Positions 10,901 to 23,154 of a stretch of 64,000 nt of DNA are shown in pieces. The notes below the pieces were generated by a model. The model ran no database searches, was not told the origin of the DNA, and was given only the letters and a program-made list of their open reading frames with translations. Source of the stretch: Raillietiella orientalis. Taxonomy: Eukaryota. The DNA lies in contig JAYWIR010000041.1 in assembly GCA_036172245.1 (NCBI GenBank), forward strand, positions 744,001-808,000. The letters are read 5' to 3'. The position numbers and the translations under genes are program-made. Positions within the stretch are counted from its first letter, which is position 1. Every line of letters starts with the position of its first letter.

Positions 10901-13900
10901 GCGTCCTGTGGGTGTATCGTCCATCTCGATATACCGTAGTATGCGAGAATGGTGTAGGTACCCTCCTCTTCTCCATTCCTGGATGCGTTGCAGGGTAACT
11001 CTGGGCCGCTGGTGGATCCAGCTTCTCGTGTCCGGGGGGACCGGAAGCAAAAATGGTCTTCGATGACACGAACCATTTATTAGTGCTGTACTGTTTCAAA
11101 ATGCAATTATTTTTCTTGATAAATCATTCCAACACGCTCAACAATAATTTCACCCCGTCAATGTGATTCCAAATTGAATTGACGTAAGACTGTGTGCAGC
11201 TGTTGGATTTTCATGGAATCTGAGCACCCACAGCAACAGCATTGAAAAAGAAAAAAAAAAAGGGGTAAACGTACAAACAGGTGGTTTGCAGTCTTAAAAC
11301 ATGGCTTCGCAACTTGGAAGGATGAGGCTAAGGATTAAGATGTCGCGTGAATGATATCTCACCGAGCAGGGAATTCCCGAAATGACTGAAGATTGCATTT
11401 TGAGTGAATATTATGCAGCTGTGCGGTGAAGGTGGCAACCGTGGAGCTTCGCGCTCGCATGTGGAAACGCGGAATTCCCAGAGTTAATGTACATGCGAGA
11501 TAGAAACGTTCATGCATGCACACCGACTTTTAGCAGTCTGGCAGACTTTTTCCAGTGAGACACGCTTGGCGATTTTTGAAGTCCTTTCTTTGGGTTCTTC
11601 ACTCCTGTCACGAATTCTTCTGGAAAGCCAAAAAAAAAAAAAAAAAAAAAAAAATGATACGAAAAATGAAAATGAAAGCTAAGAACGAATTCGTCTTGAG
11701 AAGGACTCTCCCCCTTTTCCTTCTGGGAGCTTTCCTTGAATTCGTTAGCGGGAACCTCCAATTTTGCGAAACGCGGAAAGCGTGAGCGCAATAGAGAATG
11801 ATGAATTGAATCAGCTCGTCTCAACTTCTATCCTACTGACAACGGATTCCAACGGTTACGATGACGATTTTCCGGGGCAGGATCAACCACAAACGAATGT
11901 GGACGGCATCTTCAGGAGAGATCAGAGTTACCTTAGCAGGCCCGAAACACACGGCACATTTCCAGATTCCAATTTTCTCGCTATGGAACGGGGTTTCGTC
12001 ACTCTTTTCCCGAATCGTACTTCTAATTTAGCCTCGCTTGTATTAGAACTCGCGTCGGAGCCTTTTTTCCTTCTCCTGCTCTTTCCCTTTTTGCTATTTC
12101 GTGTTCTCAAGGATGTGTGCTTACGAACAGCAAATAAACCGCTCTGTGTGAGCTTCCGTTTGTTTTGCATTCTTTTCACCTTCGAAAAAGCCAAAAAGGC
12201 TGATTCCAGGTCGATTCACGTCCAGTGATCCTCGGTGACGCAACGGTTTCTAATCCCCTCATCGTCGCTCCAAAGTTTATCGGTGGATGCAGCGTCATCC
12301 TTCATGAAAAATGCTGTACGTACATTTCTTGCGGTTACCACTGCCAGGCAGTTCGGCTAAGAAAACAACATTTCCTTCTTGCATTACCCATTGTCTTTAT
12401 TATTCATTGTCCATTATTCTTTCTTCACTCATTGTCCTCTTTCATTCTGTGGTTTCGCTCTTCCTCAGTGTCCCACGTCTTCTACACCGATAAACGATCC
12501 TAGTACAAGGTAACGCCAGTTGCCCAGAAAATTAGAAATAGGGGAAGCCCTCCAGGAACTGGAAAACGAACCAAAACAAATCCTGCGCGTCGAAAGAAAA
12601 AAAAAACAAAAACAAAACGGAAGAAAAACAGTGGGGCGCAAAAAAAATGATTTGGCAATCAATAGAGGCAATCAGTAGACTTTTCGAGAGAAACGAAGTT
12701 TAGGAGAGAGGAAAAACTGAAGCTAAAATGTGAACTTTGTGAGATCGAACAGAAGGGAAGAGCAATCGTATTTGAATCACCCAGCATTTTTGTAAGTGTG
12801 GCAACCACCAATGTCGGTGGTGGAACTTGGGAGATGCACGAGCCCGAAGAAGGGAACGCTGAAACTGAGAAGCGACAGAGATGACGTGCGTACTTTAAAA
12901 AATGCAGAAAGAAGGTGCAGCATCATTAAAAGAATGTTTCGGTCTCTTATTGGCGACAATATTTCCGAGTGCCTTATGAAATTTGCGGCAAACGCAATAC
13001 ACGTGGCTTTGAGGTTTCCCAAAAGGAATGCGTTTGTACGGGAGGAATCGTTTTCCGGTTCCGACCCTCGTCGGGAAGAAGATAGGTCGAAGTTTATTTA
13101 CATGTGCAGGAAAAAGGGAGGCGAAAAAGAATGTCCAGTCAGCATGCAGAGAGAGGTCACGTGCAGCTGTGTTCCTTTCCGTTTTCAATCTGACCCTGCC
13201 TCCAAATCACCACCGCCAGAACGTGCCACCGGAGTCACGTTAAGCAAACTGTTGTCTGTGGTGTTTACATCGCTTCCTTTAGCGCTGCCACCATACTACC
13301 ACTTTCCGAGTTTGAATTGCCACCGGCTCTTGTGAACGACACCCGCGGAAGAATGTAAATTTGAAATCTTGTTCCCATTCCAGAAAGGAATGCCGAAAAG
13401 TAAATAAATCAAATCAGATTTCTCTCCTCCAACATCGTGCTGCTGGATGAAGGAAGGATTTTCACCAGCCCTTCCGAGTCTGAAGAAGCAGTTGCAGATT
13501 ACATGTTTGGGAAATTCTTTCTGGGGAAAAGGTTACGGTGGAAAGTAACTGATGGATGGAATCGGAATTCTTCTCAATGTTGAAGGATTTCCCAAATGCG
13601 TGGGGGAGGGAGGGAAGGGGGGGGGGGGAAGGCAAAATATCACATCTGCATAAAAAACCACGTTGGGTAACGAGAGCAATGAGCATTTTTAAGAAACTTT
13701 TCCCAGATTTCGTTTCTCTCGCCATGTTCCAAACTTCACAGAAACTCCAGGAAAGAAATTCGATATCCCCGCCCCCCCCCCCCATCCTCGTCTTTGAGCA
13801 GAGGAAAAAATTTATTTCCGTCATGCTTTTTGCACAAGAGGTTAAGAAAATCACACTTGCAAGAACGAATTCGGTGCATCGCGTGTTGCCACATAGCAAC

Positions 13901-16779
13901 ACTTTTTGCTCGAACGGGGATGACGATCGACGTCGACGGTCCAAACGCTTCTTTCGTTCCCATCGGGTTCCGTTTTTAAGAGCAATTCCTGACCGTATGC
14001 AAGACGGCTTGCGTATTATGCTATCATCATCTATAATCCGTTCCCCCAAATGATCCGCTGCTTACCGAACGACCCCCTCCCCCTCTAAGGAAACCAAACA
14101 AAAAAAAAAAAGGAAACGAAACAGCCATTTTGCCACTTTCAGTGATCTTCCCGGAGATCAGTACCGAATCAGCACCGTTTTCGGTGCTCTATTGAATTGT
14201 CGACCTGAACCGAGGGAGGGAAATAATTCTGAGCATCTTCTGAAATCCAACGAAACCTTAGAAAAATTGGTAAATGGCTTTCCTTCAAAATAATCTCACG
14301 GATGCTCATGCGGAGAAGGTTTTTTTTTTTTTGTTTCTTTGGTACTTATGAACTCTGCATCCGACGCGTCTTCTTCAATGTTTTTAGTAGCAAAGTATCG
14401 ATCAAACTGCCTCAAGAAATAAAAAGGCTATTTCGACCCTACGAACTTTCCCAATATTACTCCAACCACTGTTCTTTCGGAGTTTCTGAAAGCTCAGTAG
14501 AGATACGGATCAGCACATAAGACTGGCAATTTCCACGACTCAATCGGTTGGCCAATGGGGGGTGCTGTTTGGCACCCCACTTTTGTTGGGCACAGCTGAA
14601 CTTTGGGAACGCTGGTTCCCAAGCCCCCCATCTTGATGGAACTTGATGACGAGGAACAAGAGCTGTAAACAGGTAAGAAAAAAATGGCCTACGGCTGCTT
14701 CTGGACCACGAAGAGCGGCCGCTCCTGTTCCTAAGGGGGGGGGGGGGAACGAAATCCCAGCTTGTCCCTCAGTAGACTCCTGAAGCTGCTTGTGCGTTAC
14801 CCAGGTAAACTGGCAAGTTCCTACCGTTCCGATTTTGTTTCCGATGCAAATGTTTCCGTTCCCCCTTCCTCTGATAGTGTCGATCTTACTTTTGCCAAGA
14901 CCCTATCGACGCAGTGTGAGCATGAGATTCTGTGCTCATTCATCTCCCCAGTCTCGCTGCAGAATTCCTATTTTTGTATGAACTCGTGCCAGGATTCCCA
15001 GTATTTTGCCTGGCGTCTTCCCGTGATCAAGAACTTTTTCGTTGGTTCGCTCTGGTCAACATTCGCGTGGTAGCACTGACGGTCCAGCTGTTTTATGCAG
15101 ATTGAGGAAGAAGAAGATAGGAATCGCTTCTTTCTTGTAGAATAGTGATGCATGTGCCACTAGTAGTGAAGATGCTGCTTGACGTGAACGACCGCGTTTT
15201 GGAAGCGTTTACCGTAAGCACCTTTTCAAACATTTCAAGGGCAAACACACTGACGCATCAAAAAGGGGGGGGGGGGGGAGGAATGGCTGCGAAGAGCTGA
15301 TTTCTTGTTGAGTTATTATTTGCTTAAGTGTACCAACGAGTAAGTAAATAAAGTAGACATGATGGAAAGCTATTGCTCTTTGGTTCGTGTGCCATCTTGA
15401 CCTTCTTCAATAAAAAGTGGTCGTTGCCAAATCGGGCGTAGAAAATGTTGCCAGAATCCGGAGAAGGCACAGAATTCGTAGAAGCGGGTAAACATGCAAG
15501 GGCATTTTGCTACAAAAAATTCCACGGAGACCTAAGGTTTTCATATACAAAGAAGAATTTTTTTGTCTTCGGCAAGTTTTCATATTCTACGCTACCGTTT
15601 TTTGAGCAAGAGAGAAGAAATACTCGTTCTAGCCCAGTGGGATCCACTGCTCGTTGACCACATCCGGTATGCGAAGGAGTTTTCATGCGGATCCGCAAAT
15701 CGTCCAGGGCAACCATAAGAGGCTTTCCATTTCATCATCAAACGTGCTGAGTGTAACTGGTTGTACTTTTCGTGTTACTTTTCTGTGCTGCTCTTTTACA
15801 AGAGTAAGTCGTTAGCGCCGATTCCTATTTGTCTGAATACAAAGATTTCATAGGGGACCAAGCCGGATAAAGAGCTTCATCCCGAGAAGGTTTTTCAAAC
15901 CACAATCAACCACAATCGCAGCTCGCAACCCGACTGGCATCCGGTCAAACCACGTGCGGTGTCATTTCAATCGGGCAGCAGTGGCGCGCGCTATCGAAAG
16001 CTCTTTCGGCGAAAATCTGCTTCCGATGCATCATCACTCTAGAGTCTCGGTGACCTTGTTCAGCCTGGAGAGACGGCCTTGTTTGAAACAAGGGAAGCAA
16101 ATTTCAACACGGCTGGGAAACGGGGAAACCGATTCAGGCTGTCGTGGTTTCTGAATGCTCGGTGGGTTGAGGAATATTTTTCCTCAAGTCGGGAATAAAA
16201 AAGTTTCCCGCTTAGCCTTAAGGAGCAGCGTCCGTTTTTAAAGAGTTTAATTGGAAATGTCACTGTGGGTACAAAGCTATAGTGAAGTACGAAGAAGTGC
16301 ACACATGGAAGTGCAAATAAAGTGAGGGACTGCTAACGGGTATCTGTGTACGAAAACAACTCGAAAATCGAGAGGAACATTGAATTTGCGCATATTAAAG
16401 TAAGTAGTTGACAAACGTATGTGGGGAAACAGGAAGAAGTAGAGCAAATAATTTGTGTTGACACACGTGTAAAGGGAAAAACGAAAAACTAGCGTGGGCT
16501 GTCCGAACAAGACTTGGAAGGTAGGGGAAAACCAAGCTCTTTCCTTTCCTAGGCTCTGGGTAGAGGGGTGCCCGAAATCTGCTCAGCTTATTTTTACATG
16601 GGGTACTGAGAGTATGTTAAAGTAAGGAGGGCTAAATGATTGAAGCCATATGCACGGAAAGACTATACATGTGGGCTCTTTTTAAAAATGTTTCAAAACC
16701 TACGAAAGGACTGAATAATACAAGAACGTAACGAAGGAGACATGCAAAAAGCTAACACACACACACACACACGAAAACG

Positions 16780-17262
16780 GTGGTCCCACGGTGGAGTAAG
16801 TGAGAAACTGACATAGGTCACAGGAGCCTCCGGTCCACACTCATTCCGCATAACGAGGGAGCACCTGCAGAAACTTTGCATATTCGCAACACGTAGAAGG
16901 CGTTCCTGTCCCCAAAGTGAACTTTGCGGAACCCACAAAGTTCACTTCGACCTCAGGGGTTACTTCATTTTCCTTCCGAATGTTGGGTAGATCCATAGTA
17001 CCGTAGACTGGCTCTGTCGCGAAAATTTTTTTCCTCCCATTTCTTCCTGCCGCTTCATGAGATTGATGACTTCAGTAGCGGAAAAGTCCATCGGTTTCAA
17101 ACTAAGGACGACCCCGATTTCGTTCTTTTGCAACCGCTTGCGCTGCTCCCTCGCGGAATCTGATTTCAAACTCTCTGATAAAGAACGAAGAAGAGGGAAA
17201 TTTGGAAGAGATTCGCATGCTGGCATTACAATGTCGTAAGATAAGTTGACGTGCCAGGCCAA
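16780..17262 (-). mobile_element. Decayed non-LTR retrotransposon ORF1 (gag-like)
   Basis: GVVLSLKPMDFSATEVINLMKRQ (GVI..VP.D.S..EI...LK) followed by LLRVANMQSFCRC...ECG, a degenerate PLRC.NCQ.FGH...C..CG knuckle. Confidence 0.45.
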
Positions 17263-19276
17263 TCTGATTCACTTCGAACGTTGCCATGGGCTATGTGACA
17301 CACCACGATGCATCCCCCCAAACCTCGTCAACTCTGCGACTCGCTTAAGGATTTCCATGTCAGCAGCCCATGAGATGCAACGAGGGTATGGCGAATCCAT
17401 TCGTGGCCGTTGCGCCATGGCGCCACTTGAACTGGCAGAACTTTCAGCTTGAGTGATCTTTAGGATGTGCAGATGAACTGCGTTGCAGCCACCGTCCTTA
17501 CATACGAAGAAACGGCATGAAAACGGATAGAGGCATATATGTACGCGGACACATTCTCACGGAAATAAACCAAAGCTGGAAAGAGAAAGATAGATTGCTG
17601 CATCCGTTCAAGAGAGATTGATGCGACTCTTTTTACACGATTGCCAGAGTTTGTTGTCGAGATACAACCTCGAAACCGGATGAATTCAAGTTGACACGGA
17701 AACGTCAAAAATTTTGCATTTTGTAAATTGTTGTGCTTGGACCATTCAAATTTAGTAATAAGCAGTGCACTGCAAGTCTTTTGCGTACATAATGCTCACG
17801 GTGCTTTTGCATCATAACTGTACACAATTTCTTGAAGAGTGGCCCTCGATGCGTCCGGGAACTTCGTTTCCTTTTGCAGATTTTAGTTCATGTCTTGGAG
17901 CTGATTCTGAAGCTCTGTTTGGAATCCAAAAGTTTGATGCTTATAAAGGTTATTCATTACCCATCCCCTACACTTTGCATGTGAATGCGTGCGACTTGAT
18001 TTCCTTTTGGTTACTGCCTTGATTTGTTATTTGTCTTTCCTTATTGCCGTTATGTACTCTTTACGCAAGTCAATGCCATCTCACGTTTTCTTGTAAAAAT
18101 TTGAATGCTGGTTCATGAGGAATTATGCTCTCACGAGAGACCTGAGATTTGCAGCCACACGAAAATAAAAGTTCAATAAAGTCATTTGAAGTACATGAAA
18201 AGACGTCTTTCATTTCTCAAAAAGTAAGAACAAACACTGAATCTATGAGTTGCTTTAAAGTGAATCAGAATTAACAGTTTGTTTGATTCTGAAGAGATTC
18301 TTAAAAAGCCATTTGGAAAAGAATAACCTGCAATTGCAGAGTGAATTTAGCATTTTTTCTGCCAGAGTCCACATTGTCCTATGCCGAATGTCACCTGAAA
18401 CTCGGTAAACTTGGTAAAACCAACATATATCGACAAGCATCTCTTCTCTCTCTCTCTTTGGGGGGGGGGGGGGAATTTGGTAGATGAAGGTCTCCTTCGA
18501 TCTCACTTTCATCTCAATAGACGTTGCGTTAAAGGAAAAAAATTCTTCGTTGGAATCTAAAACTTGTGGCATCTTTTACAGGTTGCTTTTTGCTTTGCCC
18601 ATTCAAAAGGATTTCTCGCGTATTTTATCTTTCCCCTTTAGCTGCACGCAATTCGCATGTGTACTCCTCAAATTACAAAGCCGTTCAGCACCGTTCACAT
18701 CATTGGTGCTGCTAAATGTTCCTCCCGAGTCCTTTTCAGAGTTTCAGTTTCAATTTCACTAATTTCATTAGTTGCAATAGAGTGGGATACGAATCTAAGT
18801 AAATGGGCCACGAGCATGATGAAGTTGGAGGACGAGACCAAGGCGTGTGACTTTGCTCGGATGTAATAAAATGAGAAATTTTATCGTAAGCAGAGAAGGG
18901 TGCGTCAAGTGAGGCAAAATGATCAGCAGAATACAAAGTCACGGTGGAAAAATCCCAAATTCGAACAACGATCACCCCCCAAAACAGCATTACCCTTGCC
19001 TTAGCTTTCGTCTCAATCTTAAGGTCTTCGAGACGACAAGCATGGAATTTACAAAAACAGAACGAATTTTAAAAACCGAAGTGGATAATTTTTCAAAGTA
19101 CATACATTTCATATTTACATACCTTTGAATGAATGTACAAATCTGTTATCAGTTTTTTATTTCCTCACCTGTCATGCATTTGACATGTGTGATTAAATTG
19201 CAACGTACATACATCACTTGGTTTTTTTTCTATAACTCAGTTGTTGTTCAGATGCCGATTCACACGGAGGACCAGA

Positions 19277-19438
19277 TCAAAGATTCAGTCCCTCTTTCAA
19301 AAGTGAGGCAAAGTCGTTGGCAGCTTCGAACGCACATGCAGATCTTCGAACGAGACAGTAAAGAACGAAGTCAGATAATATCTTTCGAATCTCGGGATGC
19401 TCTTGTAGATAGCAAATGTGTTTCATGTAACATTCCTC
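19277..19438 (-). CDS. Terminal exon of a CATIP-like gene (RIIa/Dpy-30-like dimerization-docking domain); upstream exons not resolved
   Basis: Strong acceptor tctttcatttcag, then EECYMKHICYLQEHPEIRKILSDFVLYCLVRRSACAFEAANDFASLLKEGLNL*, resembling the CATIP C-terminus (EE....H..YL..HPE....SDF.L..L.R.P.....A..F). RIIAD1 is a weaker alternative. Confidence 0.6.
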   Translation of the reverse strand, partial: EECYMKHICYLQEHPEIRKILSDFVLYCLVRRSACAFEAANDFASLLKEGLNL

Positions 19439-21769
19439 CTGAAATGAAAGATGAATTTTCCTTAATTTATTTGTCGGTTGATCCTTCTTTGGAATGGGCC
19501 GAATCGTATTATTCCGCTTAGTTTCACGTCTACTTGTCATCTGTTTCTTAACCCAGGTCTATTTTTCAAAAGTCATTCAATTTCAAAGTTCCCATTGATG
19601 CGTTTTGCTTGTTCGAACGCGGATATCTCACTGTATCACTCTCATATTCCGTCGGCGCATCTGCTGCGAGGAGAAAAACATGTGAAGGTGATTTTGAGTA
19701 AAATCAAATATCGCAACGTCAACTGAAAATCAGACTCCTTCGAAATACACAAAACCTAATGAAGAACATAAAGGATGATGAAATGAGAGTGGATAAACTG
19801 AGAGGGAAATTGCTTATTCCTTTCTTCAAGGAAATGATAGGCTGTATGTTTGGTAGATTTCCATCCAGAAGCTGAAGTGGTCATTCGTTTGAAACCAATG
19901 AAGCAAGAGTGAGAAAGAGTTCCAGATAAACATCCGGTATTATGCTCTTGCGGAAATTTCAGAGTAAAACAGTAGCAGTGCTACTTATAAGTGGGTGTGG
20001 TCTAGCTTTACGTGTAGGCACAACATGTTAAAGAAAGGGATTTTTTAAAAAACAACAGAAACATCTTTATGAATGAAAGCATTTATTCCATTTGTTGCAC
20101 TCCATGTCACACGAACTTCTTCAGCTTTACATAAGAATAGAGGGAAGGAAAAACAAAAGAATCAAAATATTCAAACTGGGGATCAAAACAGACATTTCCT
20201 TTACAAAAACTTGTAAAGCCATATACTGAGAAATGCATGGAGACAGTCAGGAAGCCTTCCCCGCAATGCTTTGGCAGCTATGTCCGTGTGGGCGCAGTTA
20301 TGACCACACATCATAAAATAGCTAAATTGGAAATTTATGCCATAGAAGCTATTATTGCACAATATTGAATCCGATAAACTTGTATTCCTACATAACTGAT
20401 GAAGACTACACGAGGTTTTAATGAATGTGCTTTCTAGAAAATCAGATTTACCGTATAATTCCTTGGCCAAAAAAGCCCGATTCTGAAAAATTCCCTCTGG
20501 AAACTTTTAGCGTTCCGGGACTTCAGTTTTCAATAGTTCAGTTCACAGTTTGAAGACTTCTGGATAGGAACATGATGATGATTCTCACCCCTTTCTCCAT
20601 ATGATTACCGATGGATCTGTCGCTTTTCGTCCTGATCTTCAAGAGGTAAGTGACGTGATATTTCAGTTACGTTCTTATTTAGCTGTGTAAAAATTAAGTT
20701 TCGTAAAAAAAAGGTTCATCTCTCTCCAATGTTATTTTTCGTAAACCATACTTAATCATAGGCACCCATAAATCGTAAGAACCATTTGGTTGAGGTATAT
20801 AAAGAACTTTTTCTATTGGTTAAAGGTGAGGTACATCATGTCATGTCATATGTCTTCATAAAGAGATAGGATTGTGATCATGGACGCTGGTAATCACTTT
20901 CGCGATTCCATCTGCGTCTTTGCACGCAACACTTGCTTTCATGTATTACAAACACACACACACACTTTAATCTATCTGAATTCCAAGAGAAAAGGACAGC
21001 ATCGATACGGAGAAGATAATGCAATGGCTTTATGTTCTCCGTATTAATGCTGTCTATTCACTAGTTCCATGCACTGTAGCTCTCTTCCTCTCCTTTGAGT
21101 TATCTCAAAATATTTGTAGTCATTGAATTCTTAGTTATTCCTTATTTTGTAACAGAATTCATCAGTTCAATTTCATGTTCTAAGTCTTACCTCATTCAGC
21201 ATGTGGACTTCCGCTGCTTTCGTCCAGCCAAACGGAAAATGCGTGTGAATTTGATTTGTACTGTTTCACATAAGAGTAGGTGTTTGCATTTGGCGTTTCT
21301 TCCTTCATCATATATATATATATATATATATATAGATGTATTTATAATCTTCGTAAAGCGCAAATTTCTTTTCACAATCTTGCAATTAAAAGATGAGTCT
21401 GACTTGTTTTTGTGTGTGTGCGCGCGCCCACCAATATTGCAATCTTTTCAAAGCTCCTGGTTGTATCAGTAATTCTTAAAACAGTTCAATTTTCATCTTC
21501 ATTTTCATCAATTTGACACGCGTAAGAATCCGGTTCTCAAGCCTGTCTTGCTATTAGGAAACATCCTCGATCGTTGTTCGAGAGAACCTTCAGTCTTGAA
21601 ATTGCTACCTATATTACTACATTTGCATAAACGAAAGTGCTTTTGATATCTATCGCTACTGCACGCTTGGTTTCTGCGCGAGTCGCATTCCGGACTTCAG
21701 AAAGATAACTCGGGAAATCTCTTCCTTTAGGTGATTTGAAGTATCCATCTTGAAGATTTCTTCCTTTGG

Positions 21770-23154
21770 AAGAAATCTTCAAGATGTGCAGCGCTCCGCG
21801 TCGCGATGGAGGCCTCGGCCTCCTGACGCTGGAGCGACTGGAGTTGTAGCTCCAGTGGAGAACGCTTGCCCTTGTGGCGAAGTTGTGGAGCATCAGCTGG
21901 TGCGAGCCTGCACGACACCTGGTCCAGCGAGCCAGTGGCTGCGCGGGACTGTCTACCTTCCTGGCGCGCCGCAAACGTCGGTACCTGTTCCACTGCGGAC
22001 TGGAGCTCCGGAAAGTGGTCAAGCTGACCAGGATGAACACCTGCATCTCCTTCCGGCTCGCGAACGGCACTGCCTGGTTGCAGGAAAGCCTTCGCACGTG
22101 GGCCCAGATCGAGGAAGCGAGCCCGGAGTTGCGGCAGCGAATGCTGCTCTCCTATCACAAGAGCCGCTCGCTGCAGGACATCATTATGCAGCCCACCTCG
22201 AGTGCGTGGGCCGAGAGTACCTCCCATGTCGCGGCTCTGCCCTAACTCAGGGAGCACCTGGGGTCAGTAGTCAGCTGGCCAAATGGGAGGTCCGATGTGT
22301 GATAGGCAGAACAGAGAAGGAACAAGGTGGTTGGACCACGGACCAGCGAACTATGACGCTGCGACCCCAAGTGCCCCACCGAAGGGACTATTGCTTCCGG
22401 GCGAGCTGCCGAGCATCCCGTTGGAAGTACTTGAGTGGACCCTAGTGCTGAATAATACCCGGGCCCTCCCCTTGATGTGGCAGGAGTCGGCGTTTCTGGT
22501 GTTGCACTGAGGTCTCCCGTGCAACGCCCGCCGTCATTATTGGACGAGGGTGTGTGCGGACGCCAACTGTGTCAGGTGGGGGGAACGTGAATCCCTCCCC
22601 CACCTGTTAGTGGACTGTATTGCCCTCTGTCCCCTTTGGGAGCGCTTTGCCGCGGCCCTGGGAAACCCCCGGAGGCAACTCCAGGGACGCTTTGAAACCC
22701 CTCTTCGTTCGCAACGCCCTTCGGCCAGCGGCCTCCCTGGCAGCCCTGTGCTGCCTACCCGGGATCGTCGCTGCTAGGAGCAAAGCAACGGGAAGAAGAC
22801 CTAGAGACAGGGATGCCATCCCCTTCATCAGGATAGCAACGCGATGGCCCAACCTGGAAAGGAGTATCCAAAAAGACCTTGCCAGCATCCTACAGAGGGT
22901 GGTCAGGACTGCCGCCATCAGAACGTGATCCCTTCCCGCACCCCCCAAAGTGTATTTATTTTAAATTTTTCGTTTCTTTTTTTTCTTCTTTATGTATTCC
23001 TCCTTCCTTCTAATGCCGTGGTGGACCGCGCCGGTGTGCGAACCGGTGACACGGCAGGTCTCCCTTAAATTATGCGTGGTTGGACCTCTGGTCCAACCAC
23101 AGTTCTCGTTATGTTTGTTTTCAGAATAAACGCCCCGGCGCACCCGGGTGAGAA
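21770..23154 (+). mobile_element. 5'-truncated L1/Tx1-clade retrotransposon (post-RT region, zf-RVT, 3'UTR)
   Basis: Sharp GC rise. KMCSAPRRDGGLGLL (P...GGLGL motif); FLVLH*GLPCNAR...CVRWGERESLPHLLVDCIALCPLW (zf-RVT C..C...ES..HL...C....LW); stop near 22928, then a T-rich UTR and AATAAA at 23125. Confidence 0.8.

Noticed and set aside
11764..12228. Acidic plus-strand ORF and basic minus-strand ORF with a donor-like site
   Set aside because: No recognisable family and no consistent exon chain could be built.
12780..13030. KNAERRCSIIKRMF, like a post-RT LINE segment; similar faint RT-like traces at about 24000-24250 and 32500-33200
   Set aside because: Motifs are too degenerate to support without a profile search.
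15600..15660. VDPTG peptide reminiscent of tarsal-less/mille-pattes LDPTG.Y
   Set aside because: Single imperfect motif inside a longer ORF; no repeated short ORFs.
20568..20645. Plus-strand exon-like stretch EHDDDSHPFLHMITDGSVAFRPDLQE with a GTAAGT donor; a similar stretch at about 18770-18866
   Set aside because: Weak acceptor, no homology and no partner exons identified.
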